Counted from the first letter of the stretch, positions 39,438-48,229 are shown. The stretch is 64,000 nt of DNA from Candidatus Cloacimonadota bacterium (GCA_021157525.1 JAGGWK010000060.1:11293-75292); one strand, 5' to 3'. Made by a program: numbers and translations. The notes: generated from the sequence alone by a model not told the origin.

Positions 39438-39683
39438 TTAGTGGATGGCGTTTTCCGGACAGACGTCGGCGCACTTGCCACAGGATACGCATTTGCTTGA
39501 GATAATAACGGGTTTATCGCCGTCGTAATCGATGGCGTTGTGGGGGCATACGTCGTAGCATTGGCCGCAGGCAACGCAGGATGTTTCATCTATTTCGTAG
39601 CTGGCGCCGGTGAGCTTTTTGCAGCTAATGAAGAAGAGCCCTAACATCAACAGTACCAGCAGGATGGGTAAAATTCGTTTCAT
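39438..39683 (-). CDS. small lipoprotein-type 2x[4Fe-4S] ferredoxin-domain protein
   Basis: I moved the start to ATG 39683 (AGGAG RBS). It has a signal peptide with a lipobox-like FFIS|C, then CVACGQCYDVCP and CVSCGKCADVCP. Confidence 0.7.
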   Translation of the reverse strand: MKRILPILLVLLMLGLFFISCKKLTGASYEIDETSCVACGQCYDVCPHNAIDYDGDKPVIISSKCVSCGKCADVCPENAIH

Positions 39684-39691
39684 GGATACTC

Positions 39692-39925
39692 CTACTTTAT
39701 GGCGTTGTATGTACAGGTGGTGATGCACATTTTGCAGTCGATGCAGACATCGGTATCGATCACCGCTTTGCCATTTTGCAGACTGATAGCCTGGACGGGA
39801 CAGTAATTGACACAATCGCCACAGCCGACACAGCTTTGTTTGGAAACCTCCGGCTTGCTCTGAACCATGGCAAACAGCACGATGGTGGCCAGCAACAATA
39901 TCGCTATCACTACGTTCTTTTTCAT
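39692..39925 (-). CDS. small signal-anchored 2x[4Fe-4S] ferredoxin-domain protein
   Basis: It has an N-terminal hydrophobic segment (MKKNVVIAILLLATIVLFAMV), then CVGCGDCVNYCP and CIDCKMCITTC. Confidence 0.7.
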   Translation of the reverse strand: MKKNVVIAILLLATIVLFAMVQSKPEVSKQSCVGCGDCVNYCPVQAISLQNGKAVIDTDVCIDCKMCITTCTYNAIK

Positions 39926-39938
39926 CTTATATCCTTTA

Positions 39939-42416
39939 TTAATATTCTACTACTTTCAGTTTTATGGCATTTCGCGGACACCAGCTCACGCAATCACCGC
40001 AGGCTACACAAGCATCGGGATCGATGGTGGCATAGGAGCCGTGGTCAGTGATGGCATCTTCAGGACAGTGACTTACACAGTGGCCGCAGCCATTACAGGG
40101 GGGACGGTTTATCTGGTACACCAGTTTTCCGGCCGGAGAATTTGAGATTTCCGACGTATTCCCATTGTCGTCGGTGGTACGGATGGCGAAGTAGATAACT
40201 TCGCCAGAGTTCAGGCCATTCACGTCGCAGGTTTGTGATGATCCGCCAGCCAGTGGAGCCGGGGGATTGCTGAAGATATTGGCATCATCCCAGTTTGCAT
40301 CGGTGATGGGTTCATCCCAGTACCGGATGTCGTAAATCAGGGCTGTGCCGGTGGTTCCATCATCGCCGGGTGCCGTCCAGCTGATGCGGATAGTGCTGGC
40401 ATTGATTGCCAAACCGGCGACGACAGCCAAATCTGAGATGGTGGCCGGTGGCGTGGTATCTTCGGTAAGCTGGGCGATGGCAATGTTCGAGATGGCCGCC
40501 GCATTGTTATTTTCGTCATAGGCCTTGATGGCAAAATAGTAGTCCATTCCCATGGAGAGACCGGTTACCTGGTAGGTTTCGGCAGAGCCGGATGGAGCCG
40601 GAGCAGGTAGATTGGGCAACAGGTCGGCAGTTTCCCAGTTTGCCTCGGTAATCAGTGCGTTGGATGAGCGAATCTGGTAATGATCGGCAAGGCCGTCCAA
40701 TCCGTCATCTCCCACAGCGCTCCAGCTGAGGGTAATAAAAGAGTCACCTGATTCTGCCGCCAGATCGCCGATAGTGGCGGGTGGTGTAGTATCCTCCAGC
40801 AAGGTGGCAGAGGCATTGTTTGATGCTTCGGAGGTATTTTGAGAATCGTCGGTAGCTCTGATGGCAAAGTAGTACTGGATGCCAGGTTGTGGCACATCGG
40901 TAAGATAGCTTTGCACCGTGCCGGCCACTTGGGGTGCGGGTGGGTTTGGTAATGTGGTGGCATCCTGCCAGTTTGCAGTGGTAATCTGGTTTTCCGAGAT
41001 TTTTATCTCGTAGGAAACCGCCGTTCCTTCATCGCCGTCATCACCGGGAGCTGTCCAATTCAGAGTCATATCGTTCTGGGATGCCGTTACCGCCAGATCA
41101 CTGATAACAGCCGGAGGAACGGTATCGGGGATTTCGGTAGTTTCGCCGGATGGCACGTTGCTCAGGGACGATGCGTTCAGGGCGTCATCCAGTGCGATGA
41201 TGGCAAAATAGTAGGTAGTAAGGGGTTGCAATCCTTCTATCAAAAGTGCTTCGGTAGTGCCGGCTGTCTGAGGTACCATGTTTTGGGGGTAGGCTTCCAG
41301 TGCAGCCCAGTTGTCTGGTGTGATGACCTCGGTATCCACTTTGATGATGTAGGCCGATGCGGTTCCGATATTCTGGTCGTCACCCACAGCGGTCCAGTTC
41401 AGCAGGATGCTGTTCACCGATAGCGAGGCAACAGCCAGGTCGTCAATCGGTGCCGGCGCCATGATATCCCCGATGATCTGAGCCTGTACAACATTGGAGA
41501 TGGCGGCGTAATTGAGGGCATCATCGTAGGCGCGGATGGCAAAATAGTAGTTTTGCTGCAAAGGCAGATCGCTGATGATGAGGGTTTCGGCATCTCCTGC
41601 AGCAGCGGGAACCAGAGACTGGCTGTAGGTGGATGCATCCGGCCAATTGTCTGAAGTGATTTCCTGGGTGCTGTAGCGAATATCATAGCCGGCGGCAAGG
41701 CCTTCCATGGCATCGTCACCTACCGCTGTCCATCCCAGAGTGATGGTGGCTTCGGCAGAAGTTGCCGTAAGGTCTGTGATCTCTGCCGGAGCTGTGGCAT
41801 CGATGATCTCTCCAGCCACCAGGACCTGGCACACCGAGGTGCCGCTGGAGTGGTTCACCTCGTCGAAGGCTTCCAGTTCCACTGATATCTGGGCATTTTG
41901 GGGAAGATCCCGAATAATCCAGTTTTCTTCAAACCCGGCAGGAGAAGGTAGCGGAAGGATAAAATTGTAGGCAATGGGATTGTTCAACGTGTCCCGCAAT
42001 GTAAGGCCATATCGGAAGGAGTTGCCAGATGTTCCGTCATCTCCGGTAGCCACAAACTGTATCTGCACCACGCCGATGGAATCTGAAACGACGGAAAAAG
42101 AATCGATGGCGGCAGGAGCAACGACATCCGGGGTGGTGGTAAAGGCGTCTTCCGGACACTGAAATTGGTCAACACAGCGCATGCACTGTACGCATGCATC
42201 CTGATCGATATAAACGGTAAAGGTGCGGGGATCTTTTTTTATGGCGTCATAGGGACAGGAAAAGTCATCCAGACATTCGTAGCAACCCACGCATCGGGAG
42301 AACTCTACCCGAACCGGTTGTGAATCCGGCCCGACTTTCCGGGCATCATCACTACAGCTGATAACAGTAAAGAAAACAATGACTATCGCTACAACTAACA
42401 AAAAACTCTTATTCAT
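39939..42416 (-). CDS. 825-aa lipoprotein: N-terminal ferredoxin-like Cys domain, six FN3-like repeats, C-terminal 2x[4Fe-4S] ferredoxin domain
   Basis: The start is ATG 42416 (GAGGA RBS; the listed upstream start is TTG). It has lipobox VIS|C and N-terminal CVGCYECLDDFSCP and CVQCMRCVDQFQCP. Six repeats carry W(T/S)A.GDD...Y.IRY...YYFAI. The C-terminus has CNGCGHCVSHCP and CVACGDCVSWCP. Confidence 0.8.
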   Translation of the reverse strand: MNKSFLLVVAIVIVFFTVISCSDDARKVGPDSQPVRVEFSRCVGCYECLDDFSCPYDAIKKDPRTFTVYIDQDACVQCMRCVDQFQCPEDAFTTTPDVVAPAAIDSFSVVSDSIGVVQIQFVATGDDGTSGNSFRYGLTLRDTLNNPIAYNFILPLPSPAGFEENWIIRDLPQNAQISVELEAFDEVNHSSGTSVCQVLVAGEIIDATAPAEITDLTATSAEATITLGWTAVGDDAMEGLAAGYDIRYSTQEITSDNWPDASTYSQSLVPAAAGDAETLIISDLPLQQNYYFAIRAYDDALNYAAISNVVQAQIIGDIMAPAPIDDLAVASLSVNSILLNWTAVGDDQNIGTASAYIIKVDTEVITPDNWAALEAYPQNMVPQTAGTTEALLIEGLQPLTTYYFAIIALDDALNASSLSNVPSGETTEIPDTVPPAVISDLAVTASQNDMTLNWTAPGDDGDEGTAVSYEIKISENQITTANWQDATTLPNPPAPQVAGTVQSYLTDVPQPGIQYYFAIRATDDSQNTSEASNNASATLLEDTTPPATIGDLAAESGDSFITLSWSAVGDDGLDGLADHYQIRSSNALITEANWETADLLPNLPAPAPSGSAETYQVTGLSMGMDYYFAIKAYDENNNAAAISNIAIAQLTEDTTPPATISDLAVVAGLAINASTIRISWTAPGDDGTTGTALIYDIRYWDEPITDANWDDANIFSNPPAPLAGGSSQTCDVNGLNSGEVIYFAIRTTDDNGNTSEISNSPAGKLVYQINRPPCNGCGHCVSHCPEDAITDHGSYATIDPDACVACGDCVSWCPRNAIKLKVVEY
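40122..42131 (-). repeat. tandem array of six ~111-codon FN3-like coding repeats
   Basis: The DNA motif GATGGC(A/G)AA(A/G)TAG(T/A)(A/T) (antisense of YYFAI/IYFAI) starts at 40182, 40527, 40860, 41199 and 41534, a period of 333-345 bp. The first repeat is divergent. Confidence 0.8.
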
Positions 42417-42770
42417 ACACCATCCTCTTTTTGCTATCAAACCAACATTCAGGTAACCAGAGAGGTGTCAAATGCAAAATTTCCGGTAAATCCGGAATAC
42501 ATACTTATGCAAGATGCCTGGAGAGGGGAACAAAGTATTTTCGTAAAAAATCTTAGATCCGGATAAAGAGTGTATTATTCACGCCACTGCTTTGTATTCA
42601 CCCGAATCCCGCTTCCAGAGCAGAGATCAATTATTTCTTGAAACGTTAGGAAGAGGTTTTGGACAAAACATAGCCTCCATTGGTAGCCCGTCCAGATCAT
42701 CCAGCCAGAGGCGATATCATGCTATTTAAGTAGATATTAACACCAGAATCCCCTTTTAGCTATCCAGAAG

Positions 42771-43418
42771 CTACATCATGCGCACATTAGATGTAATCAA
42801 TTGTTGCAGTTCGTTGATAGATTTTGACACTGCATGTCCGATGAGATTCATGCGGGAAATCTGATAAATCCGCTCATATGCCTTCTTCTGCTCTTCCCGG
42901 GTAAATACCTGGTCAACCAGGTTGCAGCTATTAATCAGGGACACCAGCACGATATCCCGGGGCTGGGGAATATCATCTGACAGCACCAAAGCCCGGATGC
43001 GGGTTTTCACTTCCACCTCTTCCCGATCATCTATCACGGGGTAACGGCGTTGGTTGAAGACCCAGAGGATTTTGTGTTCTTCTTTCTTCAGGATGCCTTT
43101 GGCGATCAGCTTATCCAGCATCAGTTCCCGGAGGTTTTCTATGCGGTTACGAATTTCCCACACCCAAAAAATCGAGCTCTTGTGGTCGGGGACTTCGGCA
43201 ATCATACCCAGAACACAGTCAAAGAGCTCATCGCCGGTGGGATCGCTGTTTATCAGAATGAGGTTTTCCAAGTCGGTATCGATGCGGTTCATCAGAGCCA
43301 GATCCATCAATATCGCGCCAGCCAGAGCATATTCAAAGGAAACCAGGGACATATTGATAAAGGTTCCTTTTTGGTCATCTAATGCCAGCAGCACCAGTTC
43401 TTCACCGAACGTAATCAT
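42771..43418 (-). CDS. GPP34/GOLPH3 family protein
   Basis: The N-terminus EELVLLALDDQKGTF...FEYALAGAILMDLAL is typical of bacterial GPP34 family members. Confidence 0.7.
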   Translation of the reverse strand: MITFGEELVLLALDDQKGTFINMSLVSFEYALAGAILMDLALMNRIDTDLENLILINSDPTGDELFDCVLGMIAEVPDHKSSIFWVWEIRNRIENLRELMLDKLIAKGILKKEEHKILWVFNQRRYPVIDDREEVEVKTRIRALVLSDDIPQPRDIVLVSLINSCNLVDQVFTREEQKKAYERIYQISRMNLIGHAVSKSINELQQLITSNVRMM

Positions 43419-43503
43419 ATAGTATTTCCTTCACAAATTTACCTGAAGGATTTTTGCTCAGTCGGCTATCGTGTGTCAATCATAAAACTCCGTAGCGGTA
43501 AGA

Positions 43504-43534
43504 TTGACAAATTTACCGGCGGCAGATTATTTTG
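43504..43534 (+). promoter_or_regulatory. candidate promoter (TTGACA-N21-TTTG) for the EamA transporter gene
   Basis: TTGACA lies at 43504-43509 and TTATTTTG at 43527-43534. The ATG at 43540 is only 6 nt downstream, so the mRNA would be leaderless or nearly so. Confidence 0.25.
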
Positions 43535-43539
43535 TCGTT

Positions 43540-44439
43540 ATGAAAAAGCTTGAAAGGATCACAGCTGAGCCAGCCCTGTTATTGGCGGCGATAATCTGGG
43601 GCTTTGCCTTTGTGGCACAGCGAAGCGGTGCACGTTTTGTGCAGCCCCTCACCTTCAATGGTGTGCGGTTTCTCCTGGGAACCATCAGTGTGGTGCCGAT
43701 ACTTTTTGCCTTTGGAAAACACCGTCTGGATTTCCATTCTGCCCTTGTACCGGGTTTTGTGGCAGGATGCCTCCTCTTTTTGGCGTCGACGTTTCAACAG
43801 TATGGCATCATGTTTACCACCGCCGGTAAGGCAGGTTTCATCACCGGGATGTATGTGCTTTTTGTACCCATTTTCGGGATTTTTTTCCGTCACAAAGCCA
43901 CTAAGATGCTGTGGCTGGCCGTCGGATTTTCTGTTTTGGGATTGTATCTTCTGGCAGGAAGGATGGATAAAACCATGATGAAGGGCGATGCCCTGGTACT
44001 CATTTCTGCCGTATTTTGGGCTTTTCACGTGTTGTCGATCAAACATTTCACACAAAAGGCCGATCCTCTGCTCATTGCCTTTTTGCAGTTCTTTTTTTGT
44101 GCAATGTTCAGTTTGGTGGGAGCACTGTTATTCGAGCCCGTCGCGCTGGAGCCCCTCTTCCAGGCCGCAGGGCCAATACTCTATGCCGGCGTGTTTTCTG
44201 TGGGAATTGCCTTTACCTTGCAGGTGGTTGGCCAGAAAAACACCCATCCCACATCGGCCGCCGTTATCTTGAGTATGGAAGCAGTTTTCGCCGTGATCGG
44301 TGGTGTGATTATTTTACATGAAACCCTGGAATTGCGTGAAGCTATGGGATGCGTGAGTATGCTCTGCGGCATACTTCTGGCACAACTCCCGACTCGTGAT
44401 TCAGGCATCCTGTACCAAAAAGGAAACGCGAGAAATTGA
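43540..44439 (+). CDS. DMT superfamily (EamA-like) transporter
   Basis: It has ten TM segments in two EamA-type halves. I moved the start to ATG 43540; the listed start is TTG inside the putative promoter. Confidence 0.8.
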   Translation: MKKLERITAEPALLLAAIIWGFAFVAQRSGARFVQPLTFNGVRFLLGTISVVPILFAFGKHRLDFHSALVPGFVAGCLLFLASTFQQYGIMFTTAGKAGFITGMYVLFVPIFGIFFRHKATKMLWLAVGFSVLGLYLLAGRMDKTMMKGDALVLISAVFWAFHVLSIKHFTQKADPLLIAFLQFFFCAMFSLVGALLFEPVALEPLFQAAGPILYAGVFSVGIAFTLQVVGQKNTHPTSAAVILSMEAVFAVIGGVIILHETLELREAMGCVSMLCGILLAQLPTRDSGILYQKGNARN

Positions 44440-44493
44440 TGTAATTTCCCCATTCTTGTAACTGTTTTTTAAATAAAATGAAGGAGACGCAGC

Positions 44494-46881
44494 ATGGAAA
44501 AAGAAAAGAACCTTCCAAAAATCGAGGAAAAAACAACCTCTGACATCATGGTCATGTCTGATATTCTTCCTCCCCATCTGACCATTATTCCCATCAATCA
44601 CCGCCCGATATTTCCGGGATTTATGATCCCTCTCACCTTCAGTGGACGGCGGGTAGTCAAAAAGCTACAGGAAGTCTTTGACTCTGACCCTAAGGTAATC
44701 GGCCTGGTACTGATAAAGGAACTGGATGAGACCGATTTCTTCAAGTCTCCGTTGCACGATGTGGGCACTGTCATCAAAATCTACAAACTCAATGTCATCG
44801 ATGAATTTACCGTCCAGATTATCGCCCAGGGATTGCAACGCTTCCGGCACGCCCACACACTGGCATCCCGCCCTCTTCCTCATTGGAAAGTCACGTACCT
44901 TGTTAACCCCACAGAGAAACCGACCGGGGAGCTGAAAGCCTACACCCTTTCTTTGATGAATTCCATGAAGGATCTGCTGAAGCTTAACCCGATATTTCAG
45001 GAACAATTAAAGCTGGTGATTCAGCATATTTCTCACGACAATCCGGGCCTGTTGATGGATATGGTGGCATCAATGCTTAACGCAGATCAGGAAAAATTAC
45101 AGCAATTACTCGAGACCACCGAGCTCATTCCCCGGGCAGAATTGCTCTTGATTTTGCTGCGTGAAGAGATCGAGCTAACTGCGCTGCAGGAGCAGATTGA
45201 GAAGAAAATCGAGGAAAAAGTTTCAAAGCAGCAACGAGAGTTTTTTTTGCGGGAACAGCTGAAAATCATCAAGAAAGAGCTGGGACTGGAGAAAGACGAC
45301 AAAGCAGCCGAATTGGAAAAATTTCAGAATCGAATTATGGATCTGCAGCTGTCTCAAGAGGCGGCCAAGGTTGTAAAGGAAGAGATGGAGAAGCTGGCAA
45401 TGCTGGAGCCGGCATCGCCAGAATTCAATGTCACCCGCAGTTATCTCACCACCATCACCGAGCTTCCCTGGGGAAAATATTCACCGGACAATCTGAATAT
45501 TGCCCAAGCCCGTGCCATTCTGGATCAAGATCATTATGGGCTTCAGGATGTAAAACGGTTGATCCTGGAATTTATCGGAACCATCATCAAACGTGGGACT
45601 GTAACCGGTTCTATCCTCTGTTTTGTCGGGCCTCCGGGGGTAGGTAAAACTTCCCTCGGAAAATCCATTGCCAGAGCATTGGGACGAAAATTTTTCCGCT
45701 TTTCCGTGGGAGGAATGCGGGATGAAGCAGAGATAAAAGGACACCGCAGAACCTATATCGGTGCGATGCCCGGCAAGATTCTGCAGAGCCTCAAACGTAC
45801 CGGCACTGCCAATCCTGTGATAATGCTGGATGAGATCGACAAGCTGGGAAAGAGTTTTATGGGTGATCCGGCCTCTGCTCTACTGGAAGTGCTGGATCCC
45901 GAACAAAACCGGGATTTCCTCGACCACTACCTGGACATCCGCTTCGACCTCTCAAAAGTGCTTTTCATCACCACAGCCAACCAACTGGACACCATCCCCC
46001 GGCCACTGCTGGACAGGATGGAGATCATTTCGCTGTCGGGATACATCATGGAAGAAAAGGTGAAAATAGCCAAGCGACACCTCGTTCCACGGCAACGAGA
46101 AGCTCATGGATTGAAGGCATCTGAGGTAAAAATCAGCACACCAGCTCTCCGGCAGATTGTAGAAAATTATGCCCGGGAAGCAGGGGTACGCAATCTGGAA
46201 AAAATGATCCGCAAGATCATGCGCCAAGTTACTTTGTTACAGGCAGAAGGAGCCAAGGAACATTTTTCCATCACGGTAAAAAGCCTTACCCGCTACCTGG
46301 GAAACCCCCGTTTTGCCACCGAGAAATTGTATCAACGTGCCATCCCTGGTGTTACCCTGGGTCTGGCCTGGACGTCTTTTGGCGGCACCACACTATACAT
46401 CGAAGCCTCCGCTCTCAAGGGCAAGCCCGGATTTCAGCAAACCGGCCAGCTGGGAGCGGTGATGAAGGAATCGGCAGAAATAGCCTATTCCTACGTCCGT
46501 TCAATCTTATGCAGAGATGAACACTATTGTTCCTTCTTCAATGAGAATTTTATCCATCTTCACGTGCCAGCTGGTGCTACCCCAAAAGATGGGCCATCGG
46601 CTGGAATCACTATGGCTTTGGCACTGTATTCTCTGGCAAAAGCCACACCGGTACGTAAGGGAGTGGCCATGACAGGTGAATTGACCCTGACAGGAAAAGT
46701 ACTCCCCATCGGTGGGCTGAAAGAGAAAACCATTGCCGCCCGCCGCGTTGGCATCAGAGAATTGATTTTCCCCATCGATAATCGACCTCAGTTTGAGGAA
46801 TTACCACATGTTATCAAAGACGGCATCACTCCGCATTTCGTCGATTACTTTGAGGATGTAATAAAAATTGCCTTCGCTTGA
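44494..46881 (+). CDS. lon: ATP-dependent Lon protease (LonA)
   Basis: It has a LON N-domain, AAA+ Walker A (GPPGVGKTS), Walker B (MLDEIDK) and the protease motif PKDGPSAG. Confidence 0.95.
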   Translation: MEKEKNLPKIEEKTTSDIMVMSDILPPHLTIIPINHRPIFPGFMIPLTFSGRRVVKKLQEVFDSDPKVIGLVLIKELDETDFFKSPLHDVGTVIKIYKLNVIDEFTVQIIAQGLQRFRHAHTLASRPLPHWKVTYLVNPTEKPTGELKAYTLSLMNSMKDLLKLNPIFQEQLKLVIQHISHDNPGLLMDMVASMLNADQEKLQQLLETTELIPRAELLLILLREEIELTALQEQIEKKIEEKVSKQQREFFLREQLKIIKKELGLEKDDKAAELEKFQNRIMDLQLSQEAAKVVKEEMEKLAMLEPASPEFNVTRSYLTTITELPWGKYSPDNLNIAQARAILDQDHYGLQDVKRLILEFIGTIIKRGTVTGSILCFVGPPGVGKTSLGKSIARALGRKFFRFSVGGMRDEAEIKGHRRTYIGAMPGKILQSLKRTGTANPVIMLDEIDKLGKSFMGDPASALLEVLDPEQNRDFLDHYLDIRFDLSKVLFITTANQLDTIPRPLLDRMEIISLSGYIMEEKVKIAKRHLVPRQREAHGLKASEVKISTPALRQIVENYAREAGVRNLEKMIRKIMRQVTLLQAEGAKEHFSITVKSLTRYLGNPRFATEKLYQRAIPGVTLGLAWTSFGGTTLYIEASALKGKPGFQQTGQLGAVMKESAEIAYSYVRSILCRDEHYCSFFNENFIHLHVPAGATPKDGPSAGITMALALYSLAKATPVRKGVAMTGELTLTGKVLPIGGLKEKTIAARRVGIRELIFPIDNRPQFEELPHVIKDGITPHFVDYFEDVIKIAFA

Positions 46882-46887
46882 TTAATT

Positions 46888-46935
46888 TCCATCCCGCATT
46901 ATTATCACTGTTAATGCGGGATGGACTTCTTTATC
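46888..46935 (+). terminator. probable terminator after lon
   Basis: A perfect 14-bp stem (TCCATCCCGCATTA / TAATGCGGGATGGA) has a 10-nt loop and is followed by CTTCTTTATC, a modest U-tract. Confidence 0.5.
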
Positions 46936-47038
46936 TCCTTCTGAATCTATCGGGTAGCAACAACAGATTATTATTTTTCCTTTGACAATAAATCCCGCAT
47001 TTTAAAGAGTTTTATAGAATTTCTCAGCAGGATGGCAA

Positions 47039-48061
47039 ATGAAAATACAAACAGCGGCAACGCCCATTACCAATCTGTCGGTGATCTGTATCCTACTCAT
47101 TGCAGGCACCGTCCTCAGTGGCGGTATCTCCAGCAGTTTCATCGCAGCCAACAGGCAGCTTTTGCACTCGGTGTATAAGGCGCGGCTTTTATTGCAAGAT
47201 GCCTGTACTCATGATGATTTACAGAAGAATCAGCCGACGATTTCACCTCAGTTGAACAGCAGTATCCGATCAATCGTTCAGTTTCCAGCACACAAGTTTT
47301 TTTGGCAAGGGGCAGCCATCGCCGCATTGCAAAGTAAGCTGGATACATCCTGGAACCGCTTCCTGCAAGCATCTCGTAGAGATAGTGCTCAGACAGACAC
47401 CAAGGAATTTCAGCAGGTTGTGCTTGCCTGTGATGAGATGATCAATGAGCTATCCCGATTTCCCACAATCAATGCCATCAATAGTGGGCTTTTTTCCATA
47501 TTACTCGGCACCTGTGTGATTATACTTTTGTATATTCTCTACTACTCACACCATTTCATTCGGGATAAACTGGCTTTCCAGGCAAGTCATGATCCTCTCA
47601 CCAAGCTTTTAAACCGTAATGTGTACAATGAGCTGGTAGAGACGGAGATCGCTCGTAGTGAGCGATACAAGTATTCAATGTCCCTCATTCTATTTGATAT
47701 TGATAACTTCAAAAAGGTGAATGACACTTATGGTCACGATGTAGGAGATATGGTACTGGTACAGCTGTCACAATTGGTGAAAAGCCTGATTCGTATGAGT
47801 GATTCACTGTTTCGTACCGGTGGGGAGGAATTTGCCATCATCGCGCCAGAAACGGGAACTAAGGCAGCGACGTTTTTGGCAGAAAAACTTCGATCAGCGA
47901 TCAACAGCGCAACCTTCGATGAAGCAATCAATATAACGGTGAGTTTTGGATTGGCGGAATATCACTATCACGAAGGATCTGCCAAGCTATTTCGGCGAGC
48001 AGATCAAGCACTCTACAGAGCCAAAAACACAGGGCGTAATCGCGTAGAAGGAGCGGAGTAA
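47039..48061 (+). CDS. diguanylate cyclase (GGDEF) with an N-terminal two-TM sensor region
   Basis: It has the GGDEF domain with an RTGGEEF active site, and DHFK-type upstream motifs (LFDIDNFKKVND). Confidence 0.88.
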   Translation: MKIQTAATPITNLSVICILLIAGTVLSGGISSSFIAANRQLLHSVYKARLLLQDACTHDDLQKNQPTISPQLNSSIRSIVQFPAHKFFWQGAAIAALQSKLDTSWNRFLQASRRDSAQTDTKEFQQVVLACDEMINELSRFPTINAINSGLFSILLGTCVIILLYILYYSHHFIRDKLAFQASHDPLTKLLNRNVYNELVETEIARSERYKYSMSLILFDIDNFKKVNDTYGHDVGDMVLVQLSQLVKSLIRMSDSLFRTGGEEFAIIAPETGTKAATFLAEKLRSAINSATFDEAINITVSFGLAEYHYHEGSAKLFRRADQALYRAKNTGRNRVEGAE

Positions 48062-48101
48062 CTTCGTAATGCAAGCATCGCTGAAATAGAAATCTGGGTA
48101 T

Positions 48102-48127
48102 AAAAAAACCGTTACCAGAGGCAACGG
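48102..48127 (-). terminator. rho-independent terminator after the fMet-Met-Arg-His tRNA array
   Basis: On the minus strand the hairpin is CCGTTGCC-TCT-GGTAACGG (one G-U pair), followed by T7. Confidence 0.75.
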
Positions 48128-48138
48128 CATCTATTCTA

Positions 48139-48216
48139 TGGGGTGGCTGAGGGGATTCGAACCCCCGACTCCAAGAGCCACAATCTTGTACTCTAACCAA
48201 CTGAGCTACAGCCACC
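48139..48216 (-). tRNA. tRNA-His (anticodon GTG) with an encoded G-1
   Basis: Hand fold: an extra 5' G opposite C73, acceptor GTGGCTG/CAGCCAC, anticodon stem CAAGA/TCTTG with loop TTGTGGC. CCA is encoded. Confidence 0.85.
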
Positions 48217-48229
48217 ATAAAATTACTTA

